This document shows, piece by piece, positions 56,010 to 64,000 of a stretch of 64,000 nt of DNA (positions within the stretch are counted from its first letter, which is position 1; the number at the start of each line of letters is the position of its first letter). Source of the DNA: a virus; the IMG/VR virus record IMGVR_UViG_3300028840_003497, positions 112,268 to 176,267 of that record, one strand, 5' to 3'. The position numbers and the translations under genes are program-made. The notes below the pieces were generated by a model that saw only the letters and a program-made list of their open reading frames with translations, was not told where the DNA came from and ran no database searches.

Positions 56010-58265
56010 TTACCCCTGATATAGCGTGTTCCCGTCCTTGTCAGTGATTAAGAGAGATCCGTACTTAATCACCTGATTTGGAGCGGGGAACAAATTGCCC
56101 TCACCATCAATGACAGAAGGTGTCAGTGAGGGACCAGTAATTTCTACATTCGCGCGGACAATCCCATTGGATGTATCCATCACGTTCTCGTACAAATCGG
56201 ACAAATACAGCGGCTGATTAAAATCTCGACCCTTAAGCATGCCGACGATCGTTGCCACCACATCCGAGACAACCTCGGCCTCGATGTACGCGTCCTTATT
56301 GACTTCCAACAAAACCTCTACCGCAGCAGGAACCAGGATTGCACTGCCGTCGATCACCTCAACGTACTGCGTGACTTCTTTAATCTGCGTCAGATAGGTC
56401 TGTAGACCAGTCATCAGCCCCACTGAAGGAGCCGAGTAGTTGCCGTCCACATCCAGGCTCAAGATCGGAACCTGGACATAATTGCTCATACAATCCGCAT
56501 CGAACAGAGCTCCAATTCGGTCCTGCATCAATACCAATTCAGGAAGGATTAGATCCTCCAGGGTCTGCGCCTGCCCAACCATCGTACTGATCTGATCCTG
56601 TAGCCCGCCAGATCCCTCGACAATCGTGTCGATGGAAGTAATGTCAGCAGACATATCGCTAATAATCGACGGGATTGAAAAGTCCGGTGGAGTAGCCACT
56701 TCAGTGATTGAGACATAGGCCGGGTTCAGAAAGTTATTGATCGCCGTTGCCAAGGCAATATTCGCTGACCCAGCAGACGTCTGAGACTCCAAAGAGTTAT
56801 CGCTCGCCAGCCCAACAGACCGCAGCGTCACATTAATCCTCCGGATAACCTCATCCTCCTCGACGGTAGGCAATCCAAGCGTCTCCACATAAACGATCAG
56901 GTCATTCAGCTCTGTGTCAGCATCCGCGCAACTCGAAACAGAAAGGGCAGAGTTTGCCTCGGAATTTGCCGAAGAAGACTTCGCCGACGTGGCCTGAGTA
57001 ATCGCCGTGCCAATCTCGGATTCCAAATTCGTCCGAACCGTCTCCAGATTAGTAACATCATCCTGCAGCCCAGTAATGAGCGGAGACAGCGAAGCAGCGT
57101 CATCGCTCAGCGTCTGCTCAAGGGCGAGCATCCCAGTAAAAGGACCGCCCCCGTTCAAATACTGATCCAGGTGCTGCTCAACCTGATCAACATACCCGTT
57201 GAAGATAATATCATCGTAGGATGTGCGTGGGTTGAACGCATACGACTTCGCAACCGATCCGTAAGTTGGGTCGGTGTAACTATTCGACAGAGCCTCGTAA
57301 TCCTGCTCGGTAATCGCCGCACCGCGTGCTGCAAACGCAAACGGAGCCAGCCTCTTGGCCCGCTCTGGATCCTCTGGATCGGTTCCGCCGTTCGCCCCCG
57401 TCGGATTGGTCATTGTGAAATCCACGGCGCTCCCGCCGATTGTCAACGTGTCGAGTGAGGATGTGATCGTGTTTGTTTTAACGTTCCCCTTCTCTCCGTC
57501 GATGATCACGAACCGGATCTTGACCTCCGCTCCCAAGGGGGGAATGTTTCCAGCAATCCCATCTCCAAACTGAGCAATTGGCGGGTCGTCGTTGTAGCCC
57601 ACCTCGTAGTGGTTGGTCTTCTCAAACTCCAAGAATGGATACTCGGTCCACAAGAGACCATCCACCCAGGAGTCCACGGTCCCGTTCCCCAGGAATCGAT
57701 CCGTGCCAATATTAGTCATCCGGTACTGCTGGTTTTTAGATCCATCTGATGTGTAGGTCAGGAGACGCGTCTCGCCCTGCCGCACCGCAATATTTATCGT
57801 CGCACCCGGCGCGAGCGCCACCGGCTGGTTGTACTCGGCGTAGGACTCGTAAATCAAACCGTCAGGCCCCTGGAAGCGCCACCGTGCTGGCATCGTAAAG
57901 GGTCCAGTAGTTCCGTCTGGGAAGGTCAGAACAAGGACTGTGGAGGCAGCAGCTGCCGCTCCCATCTTGTATCCAATCTGCTTGACCAATCTCGCCACTG
58001 CAGCCCGCGTCCGCGCTGTCTCCAGGAAACAATCACTCGCTGTCCGATCCAGGTACCACTGCAGCTGAGCCGTTGCATACGCCATTAGCTCAACAAACAT
58101 AATCGCCTGGGTTGTCGTCGCATAATCGTTGTAGACGCTCTGGTACTCAACCTTGAGACGACGAAGCAGCGAGTCAAAAATGCTCGGGTAGTCCCTGGCC
58201 GCGTACTTAACCTCGTTCAGAGGAACGAGATCTTGAACCAGAGGATTATAGGGATCCGTTGCCAT
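56010..58265 (-). CDS. baseplate wedge subunit (T4 gp6 / baseplate J-like)
   Basis: YAARDY.SI, ELMAY, FLETA..R, FGDG..G.IPP.G, GG.DPE, A.T..DYE. Confidence 0.9.
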   Translation of the reverse strand: MATDPYNPLVQDLVPLNEVKYAARDYPSIFDSLLRRLKVEYQSVYNDYATTTQAIMFVELMAYATAQLQWYLDRTASDCFLETARTRAAVARLVKQIGYKMGAAAAASTVLVLTFPDGTTGPFTMPARWRFQGPDGLIYESYAEYNQPVALAPGATINIAVRQGETRLLTYTSDGSKNQQYRMTNIGTDRFLGNGTVDSWVDGLLWTEYPFLEFEKTNHYEVGYNDDPPIAQFGDGIAGNIPPLGAEVKIRFVIIDGEKGNVKTNTITSSLDTLTIGGSAVDFTMTNPTGANGGTDPEDPERAKRLAPFAFAARGAAITEQDYEALSNSYTDPTYGSVAKSYAFNPRTSYDDIIFNGYVDQVEQHLDQYLNGGGPFTGMLALEQTLSDDAASLSPLITGLQDDVTNLETVRTNLESEIGTAITQATSAKSSSANSEANSALSVSSCADADTELNDLIVYVETLGLPTVEEDEVIRRINVTLRSVGLASDNSLESQTSAGSANIALATAINNFLNPAYVSITEVATPPDFSIPSIISDMSADITSIDTIVEGSGGLQDQISTMVGQAQTLEDLILPELVLMQDRIGALFDADCMSNYVQVPILSLDVDGNYSAPSVGLMTGLQTYLTQIKEVTQYVEVIDGSAILVPAAVEVLLEVNKDAYIEAEVVSDVVATIVGMLKGRDFNQPLYLSDLYENVMDTSNGIVRANVEITGPSLTPSVIDGEGNLFPAPNQVIKYGSLLITDKDGNTLYQG

Positions 58266-58275
58266 TTACCTCTCC

Positions 58276-58713
58276 TTACGCCGCATTCTGCATGATCGAC
58301 CCGACAGGAATTGGGACCTGCATCTGCGCCGATTGGTTCGCTATTCGATACCAGATGTCCAAGAGAATCGTAGACTGCGTGCCATCCTCATTCTTGTCGA
58401 TCGTCGGTAATACACGCAGCACTTGAGCCTCCGGTACCCACTGTTCAATCGCACTCGTCACGACAGCAGAAATTCTCGCCATCGTGATTGGCGTCAAATT
58501 TTCAAAGACATAGGAATGAATGTTCACTCCGAAGTCCGGATTCATAACTCTCTCATTTTTCCCAGTTAAGAGCAATGACGTGATGTGGTAAAACACAACC
58601 TTCTTCGGATCGGCCATCGCCGGAAATCCCGTCGCCCCTAATTGAAATGGAAACGCAAGACTCAGCGTAATCTGAGCATCCGAAACTGGGGGTGGTTGGT
58701 TTGCATTAGTCAT
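58276..58713 (-). CDS. gp25/GPW-like baseplate wedge protein
   Basis: LLLT.K.ERVMNPDFG..I...VFE...I..W.P. Confidence 0.9.
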   Translation of the reverse strand: MTNANQPPPVSDAQITLSLAFPFQLGATGFPAMADPKKVVFYHITSLLLTGKNERVMNPDFGVNIHSYVFENLTPITMARISAVVTSAIEQWVPEAQVLRVLPTIDKNEDGTQSTILLDIWYRIANQSAQMQVPIPVGSIMQNAA

Positions 58714-58751
58714 TACTATATCCTATCACCACGAACTCAAGTTCGCAGCCA

Positions 58752-59111
58752 TTATCCTAAATCCAATGGACATGACGGTGGTTCCGGCATCTCCGGCAAT
58801 CCCGGAACCGGAGGAATCCCAAAAGGAGCCGATGGAATCGGGAGTGCCAATGATACTGTCGGAGGCTTCAAAACAATCCCTGGCAAGCTCGGAGTATCTG
58901 GCATCTCCGGCAGGCTTGGAAACGGTGGGATCCCAAATGGAATTGATGGCTTTGGAATCGCCAGTTTCAAAACAGGAACCTTGATCCCAGGGATATCGGG
59001 GTCCGGCATCTCCGGCAGAGCAGGATATGGAGGGATCCCAAATGGAGCCGATGGGATTGGAATCGCCAACGCCAAACTCGGCGGAATCGGTATTTTGCAT
59101 TTGCTCGCCAT
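58752..59111 (-). CDS. proline-rich triple-repeat protein
   Basis: Three copies of LA(I/L)P.PS.PFGIPP.P.LPEMP. Confidence 0.6.
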   Translation of the reverse strand: MASKCKIPIPPSLALAIPIPSAPFGIPPYPALPEMPDPDIPGIKVPVLKLAIPKPSIPFGIPPFPSLPEMPDTPSLPGIVLKPPTVSLALPIPSAPFGIPPVPGLPEMPEPPSCPLDLG

Positions 59112-59114
59112 GTA

Positions 59115-60089
59115 TCATCCTATGAAAACCGTATCCGACAATTCGTTGTACATCATCGGTGGTGGAGTCGGCCCAACAACAGTCGCGCCAATCGGGGATG
59201 GCATAGTATGCTGATGAACAAGACTCCAGTTCATGAACTTCATCCCGCGCACAGCAGGTTCCGTAGCATTCTTCCCGAGCTTCACCGATCCTGCATTCGC
59301 AACAAACTCTTTAGAACAATCAGCGATCACGTTGTCTCCAGTGATCGTGTGATTTTTTCCATCAATACCGTAGGCACCTCCGCTTTTCGTCGCTAATGTA
59401 ATCTTGTCGTCTCCCAGCATTAGTAACGACGTAACTTCACCATCTTCATTGGCGGTCATCAGAGACGTCTCGGGCTTCTCCCCATTCATATAAAGAATAG
59501 ACCCGAGTATGTTCGTCAGCATGGTATGGCCTTCCTTCGTGAAAGAAAGGAACATCGGGCTTTCTGCACCCTCGCCATCGCCACGACCAATTGTCAGATG
59601 TAAATCTTCCGGATCGTCGCTCATCCTTAAATAGTGGCCAGTCTTAGTACGGATCCCCTTGTATAGTGCGTCCGCGTTGGCAAAGGTATCCGAGACATTC
59701 TTCGTCGTCATGAAACCACCGATGTAAACCGGAAACTCGGGGTTCCCGTATCGGAACATAATCCAAACATTCGTCCCCACGTCTGGTGGATGAAAAACAC
59801 CAGTTGAATTTCCCGTCTCGGGATCGGTCCCGAGCCCAGGCATAGAAGGCATCATCCAGTAGTCATTAGAGACGTCATCTTCTTTCACCAATTTAATGGC
59901 CGGGCACATCGCTCGCACACGCCCGCGTTGCTCCGGGTCAGCATTGTCAATCACAACACCGTCATACAATCCGTAATAGCGCCCAGCAAACCACTCCAGC
60001 CCACGCGTCATATCGGACAACATCTCCTTCATCCAACCCACCGGGTCCGTGATCATCTGGAGCGCATTTCTGGTTTTTCCTGCTGTCAT
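59115..60089 (-). CDS. baseplate spike (gp5/gpV-like OB-fold protein)
   Basis: G.Y.GVV.DN.DPE.RGRV...P.VG..VW..F..G.P.FPVYIG; C-terminal HQH. Confidence 0.9.
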   Translation of the reverse strand: MTAGKTRNALQMITDPVGWMKEMLSDMTRGLEWFAGRYYGLYDGVVIDNADPEQRGRVRAMCPAIKLVKEDDVSNDYWMMPSMPGLGTDPETGNSTGVFHPPDVGTNVWIMFRYGNPEFPVYIGGFMTTKNVSDTFANADALYKGIRTKTGHYLRMSDDPEDLHLTIGRGDGEGAESPMFLSFTKEGHTMLTNILGSILYMNGEKPETSLMTANEDGEVTSLLMLGDDKITLATKSGGAYGIDGKNHTITGDNVIADCSKEFVANAGSVKLGKNATEPAVRGMKFMNWSLVHQHTMPSPIGATVVGPTPPPMMYNELSDTVFIG

Positions 60090-61414
60090 TAGCTTGGCAT
60101 CTGTCCTTCTGATGTTTCCTTTTGTTCACCGGCCTTGATCATGCTTCCCTCCCGACGAGCAACAAGAGACATCTCCCAAGATCCTGCGGAGTAGGAATGT
60201 GTCAGTTTGTCAATTGCGTACACATCGTCGTAAATTAATCCAGCGCCCTTGAGCCTACAAAGGTTCCCAGTTCGCTCATCAGGCAGACCAATGCATGTGA
60301 TCGTTCCATTCTGAGCCGCGTTACCCTGACGCTGCCGACTCTGCACCTGAGCCTTTGCCATATCCTCTGCGCCTGCAGCAACAGGCATACTAGTATACGA
60401 ACCGAGAGACCCATCTGGACGCGACTCGTTATTCTTTATCCCGTCAACATCCACATCCTCCGGAGCATTGTCTGTAATAGATCCTTTGATAGCAACTGGC
60501 TGATCCTCCGGCGAAACTGCGATACTCTTTATCTCCCCGGTTGATTCGTCGGTATAACTCATGTCCACACCGTGAGCTGCTGGATCCGGTTTTGATGCGA
60601 GCCACGTTGTGTCAGACACGCCCTCCGGGCTCCACGCGAAGCATGGGTACACGTCGTTCGCCTCGTCAATCTGGCCTCGGATCATGTAGGTCCGAATTAG
60701 TTCATCCTGATCCGTACCTTTAGACGCTTCCGCAGCTGTGTATACAAACAGATTGCGCGCATTATCCTTCGCACCAACTTTTGGACCAAGCCAAAAAACA
60801 AGATTGAACTCATTACAAATCTTCTTGACAATTTCCCAGTACGACAAGCACAGAAGGCTGCTCGAAAAGTCGAATGTCTTCTTTCGGATCGCTTTCCCGC
60901 GTCTATCTCCGATTACTTTGTACGCGTTTAGCACCCCAGACGAACCATTGGAAATAACAGGCACAACCCCCATCCCCTCCGCGCACCCTTTGAGGATCTT
61001 GATCGGATCCCACCCGGCAGCTTTCAACACGTCCGGTGAAACAGGATACTCTCCGCTCTCAGAAACGCCCTGTACAGAAATCTGCCCGGTCACTCCGTTC
61101 GAGTCTATAGAGAGGCCATCGCCGCCAGTTTTGAGAAAACCGTTTACCCAGTTCGTCCACACGTTCGCACCGGCATACCCAATACGAGCCTTCACCACAT
61201 TGTTCTGTTTGAAAGGGCTAGGGACTTGCATCATGCCTATTCCGTACTCGTATGGAATATCAAATCCGATCGTAAACACAGTAACACGTGGCCCACGCTC
61301 GTAGTTTATTGTCACCGAAGTCAGAAACGGATAATCTGGAGTGGTCCACTTCCATTCTTGTTTGCTCTCGGGATCGGTGATAATAACCTGCGCCACTGGG
61401 TCAGTGAAAATCAT
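60089..61414 (-). CDS. baseplate hub protein (gp27 / late control D-like)
   Basis: IGY..W.NG; G.I...G.P....G....L.G.G..YD..Y.I..LTH. Confidence 0.75.
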   Translation of the reverse strand: MIFTDPVAQVIITDPESKQEWKWTTPDYPFLTSVTINYERGPRVTVFTIGFDIPYEYGIGMMQVPSPFKQNNVVKARIGYAGANVWTNWVNGFLKTGGDGLSIDSNGVTGQISVQGVSESGEYPVSPDVLKAAGWDPIKILKGCAEGMGVVPVISNGSSGVLNAYKVIGDRRGKAIRKKTFDFSSSLLCLSYWEIVKKICNEFNLVFWLGPKVGAKDNARNLFVYTAAEASKGTDQDELIRTYMIRGQIDEANDVYPCFAWSPEGVSDTTWLASKPDPAAHGVDMSYTDESTGEIKSIAVSPEDQPVAIKGSITDNAPEDVDVDGIKNNESRPDGSLGSYTSMPVAAGAEDMAKAQVQSRQRQGNAAQNGTITCIGLPDERTGNLCRLKGAGLIYDDVYAIDKLTHSYSAGSWEMSLVARREGSMIKAGEQKETSEGQMPS

Positions 61415-61800
61415 CTGCCTTCGCCTCTCAGAGTCAGTCCTTGTGTAAGCAGCTTGCTCTCCACCCAGTCCCGGTTCGGAATCTTCAATTTCATTCCCTT
61501 GTAGAGCTGCGCGTCGGGGAGGTCGAGATGGTTGCGAGCCGCAATCACATACATCATCAGCGGATCTTTGTATTCCTTGTTGGCAATTTGCTGAAGCGTG
61601 GTCCAACTCTCATCGACAACATACTCACTCTCGTTATCCTCTACACCAGTCCAATCCGGCATAATAAACGGACCCCTGAACCTCACCAACGAGTCCCGCT
61701 CCACGTCGAAAATTAGATGTTCCTTCATAAACTGCATCGGAGATCCAGCATCAGACTTCAGAAGGTTTTCCCTTGGCTGTGGATCAGTTGATCTCGGCAT
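61411..61800 (-). CDS. LysM/gp53-like baseplate protein
   Basis: TLQQIA...Y.DP....VIA..N.L......G..LKIP. Confidence 0.8.
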   Translation of the reverse strand: MPRSTDPQPRENLLKSDAGSPMQFMKEHLIFDVERDSLVRFRGPFIMPDWTGVEDNESEYVVDESWTTLQQIANKEYKDPLMMYVIAARNHLDLPDAQLYKGMKLKIPNRDWVESKLLTQGLTLRGEGR

Positions 61801-61809
61801 GTATATCTC

Positions 61810-64000
61810 CTAACTCGGCAGCACAACACTCATGCCACCAGAACTGTTAACTTTGCTATTTTTAACCAAATCAGACTGAGCAATCGCGTCCGTATCCTTC
61901 TGGATCCTCGCCAGCAGAACCCGTGTCTTGTGGCCATCCGATGCGATGGCAGCAATCACACCACCGAGACCAGGAATATTCAGCGCCGCTTCAAACGTTT
62001 CTTTGGCGCTCAGGCTCTGCTCGCCCTCTACCTTCACGGTTCCGAGATCCAATTTCCCACCGAAATCCCTGGCCATGGATTTAGCAATCCCCGACAACAT
62101 CGACTTCTTCTCGGCCAGCTCGTTTACCTTCTTCCCATACTCTTCCATGGTGAGGAGAATTGAATCGTTAAGAACCTGAGAAACCGCATCTTTAACTATG
62201 GAAGCACCGTCTACAATACCATCCGAGAGAAGCATCATCATCCCCAACCCGCCATTGTAGAGAGGGTTTCCAGCCTGCGCTGAAAGTGGACCTTCCTCTG
62301 GGGGAGAATTCGCCTCTACTACTCTCCGCACACCATTAAGAGCATCTTCAGCTGATTGCTTCACAACTGGTGCAGCCTCGTCTATACCTTCAGCTACTCC
62401 GGTGAAAAGTTCTTTCCCACTCTCAACCGCATAACCCATATTCTCAGCCTCAAACAATGCCGAATCTATAAGAGCCTTATCTCCAGAGGCTAGTTCTCCA
62501 GTCATGCGACGCATATCTTGCGTATTCTGAATAATGGAATCTTTAATTATCTGCATTTGCTTATCAGCATTTGCTACAGCTTTTTCACTCGTTGTTTCCT
62601 CTCCCATTAAAGTTTTCGTGAAAAAATCACCAACTGAGGTTGTCGTAAACCTCGAAGCTTCTTCTTTTTGCCTTGACAGTTTATTGAACACCTTTTGTTT
62701 CTCTTCCAAGGTCCCTGTCCTAGCAACACGCTCTCCCTCGTTGGTACCCGAGAGGCCCATCATTGTGCTCCATTGCCTGTCTGCCTCTCCCTCCAATTCC
62801 TTACTAATGGCTGTGCCTATTGCTATACCCAAACCTCCGGCAGCAGCTACCAGCATCCCACCCGGCCCCATAGCCTCTGCCAGATTACTAACTAATGAAC
62901 CAGTGACATCAAAACCGGCCTTGAGCGCACCGCTAATCGCAGTGCTGAGCAGGGATCCTCCTCCCATAAACAAAGCAGCTAATCCACCTGCAGCCGCAAC
63001 ACCACCAATACCAAATTCCTCCCAAACAGCAGAAAAAACATCCTTCAATGCGTCTAGTATCTGACTCCCTACTCCACCTTCCTTGGTAAATGCTTTGATG
63101 CCACCTATGATGGCTGGCAAGATCTTATCATTCCACCATGAAGGCCAATTAGTACCAACCCAGTTCGCCAGCGTAGCCCATGCTTCTTTAGCTGCAGGTA
63201 AAACTTCGTTCTTCCAGACAGGGACAATATATTTCGTCCATATTGGCTTGATCGTTTCCCAGATGGCTTTCCGCTGTCCGCTGTCCAGCATGAAAAATCC
63301 AACGATCCCACCGGCTGCAATCCCAAGAGGACCAAACATCCCCATCGTCTCCATTAATGGAGCCATAGCACCACCGACGTCTTTGATCTTGTCGAAAACG
63401 AAATCAAATTTAACGCCCATTTTAGACGCTTCTTTAGCATTAAGACCGAGTTGCTCTCCAAAGGCCAAAAACACCCCGCGAGTACCCATTTGATCAAAAA
63501 TAGAAACCGCATTCATCAACGGTCCCCATGTCTCATCAGATCCCAGCGATTTAAGTTCTTTCCCAACTTCGCGATACGCCTTCATCTGATTTCCGACCAA
63601 CCCCCTGACGTTGGCCCTGGCAATCGATCTAACCTGTGTCTCGAAACCCTCTTTTGCAAGATCAAACGCTTCCTGCAGCGTTCTTCCACTAGAATAGGCC
63701 TGATTCCCGTATTTCTTGAGAGCATCCTTCCCCTTGACAGACATATTGGACATTTTTTCAAGGGCCGACGTCCCAGTATCCGTATTGCTGGCCAACCACC
63801 CAAGACCAGCCGCGCTGCTCCCCATTGCCTTGTTCAACTCACCAAGCGCGTACTGAACCTGCGGCGTCTTGTCTCCGCCCATCTTAGAAAATATGTTATT
63901 GATCTTTTGAACCCCGCCAACAACATCCTTGGACCCATCCATAATAATGTCTTTGGCCTCGTCGCTCGTAACGCCGAGTTGAGTCAGGAATTTAAACAGC
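61810..64000 (-). CDS. tape measure protein, C-terminal part (runs off window)
   Basis: Long Ala/Gly-rich helical ORF with Trp periodicity and SPPEEGPLS motif, upstream of baseplate genes. Confidence 0.85.
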   Translation of the reverse strand, partial: LFKFLTQLGVTSDEAKDIIMDGSKDVVGGVQKINNIFSKMGGDKTPQVQYALGELNKAMGSSAAGLGWLASNTDTGTSALEKMSNMSVKGKDALKKYGNQAYSSGRTLQEAFDLAKEGFETQVRSIARANVRGLVGNQMKAYREVGKELKSLGSDETWGPLMNAVSIFDQMGTRGVFLAFGEQLGLNAKEASKMGVKFDFVFDKIKDVGGAMAPLMETMGMFGPLGIAAGGIVGFFMLDSGQRKAIWETIKPIWTKYIVPVWKNEVLPAAKEAWATLANWVGTNWPSWWNDKILPAIIGGIKAFTKEGGVGSQILDALKDVFSAVWEEFGIGGVAAAGGLAALFMGGGSLLSTAISGALKAGFDVTGSLVSNLAEAMGPGGMLVAAAGGLGIAIGTAISKELEGEADRQWSTMMGLSGTNEGERVARTGTLEEKQKVFNKLSRQKEEASRFTTTSVGDFFTKTLMGEETTSEKAVANADKQMQIIKDSIIQNTQDMRRMTGELASGDKALIDSALFEAENMGYAVESGKELFTGVAEGIDEAAPVVKQSAEDALNGVRRVVEANSPPEEGPLSAQAGNPLYNGGLGMMMLLSDGIVDGASIVKDAVSQVLNDSILLTMEEYGKKVNELAEKKSMLSGIAKSMARDFGGKLDLGTVKVEGEQSLSAKETFEAALNIPGLGGVIAAIASDGHKTRVLLARIQKDTDAIAQSDLVKNSKVNSSGGMSVVLPS

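Noticed and set aside
1-64000. Genome-wide stop-codon reassignment
   Set aside because: Long genes are intact under the standard code and many end properly in TAG or TGA; I noticed only one in-frame TAG (38852).

Overview
A 64-kb fragment of a large contractile-tailed (myovirus-like, probably jumbo) phage genome. Almost all genes lie on the minus strand. Right end (44.5-64 kb): tail and baseplate module (tape measure C-terminus, gp53/LysM-like, hub, gp5-like spike, gp25, gp6-like wedge, fibres, tube-initiator-like protein). 37.8-42.9 kb: small proteins sharing an MKKLIEKK-type N-terminus (likely capsid-internal proteins) and a zincin-domain protein. 32.0-32.9 kb: nine tRNA genes (four Leu), a non-tRNA hairpin and an AT-rich HNH endonuclease. 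0-27.7 kb: accessory genes, including a kinase/PP2C/vWA (TerY-P-like) triad interleaved with pncA and a broken pncB, a CoaB-aldolase fusion, GroES, an MT-A70 methylase, a release-factor-like mini-protein, a nucleotidyltransferase and a LexA-like repressor. The only plus-strand block (27.9-31.2 kb) holds the most striking element: an SF1 helicase, a Cas7/RAMP-like gene, a 316-bp non-coding array of 7 units (GGAWCNN delimiter plus 5-8 GGY-NN pentamers with variable dinucleotides) and a partner gene. This is a candidate RNA-guided system with non-contiguous guides. An identical 16-bp quasi-palindrome (GCGAACTTGAGTTCGT) occurs five times across the window. Asp-rich lipoproteins with DAG motifs suggest a Myxococcota/deltaproteobacterial host (inference). 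All calls come from reading motifs by eye; no searches were run.
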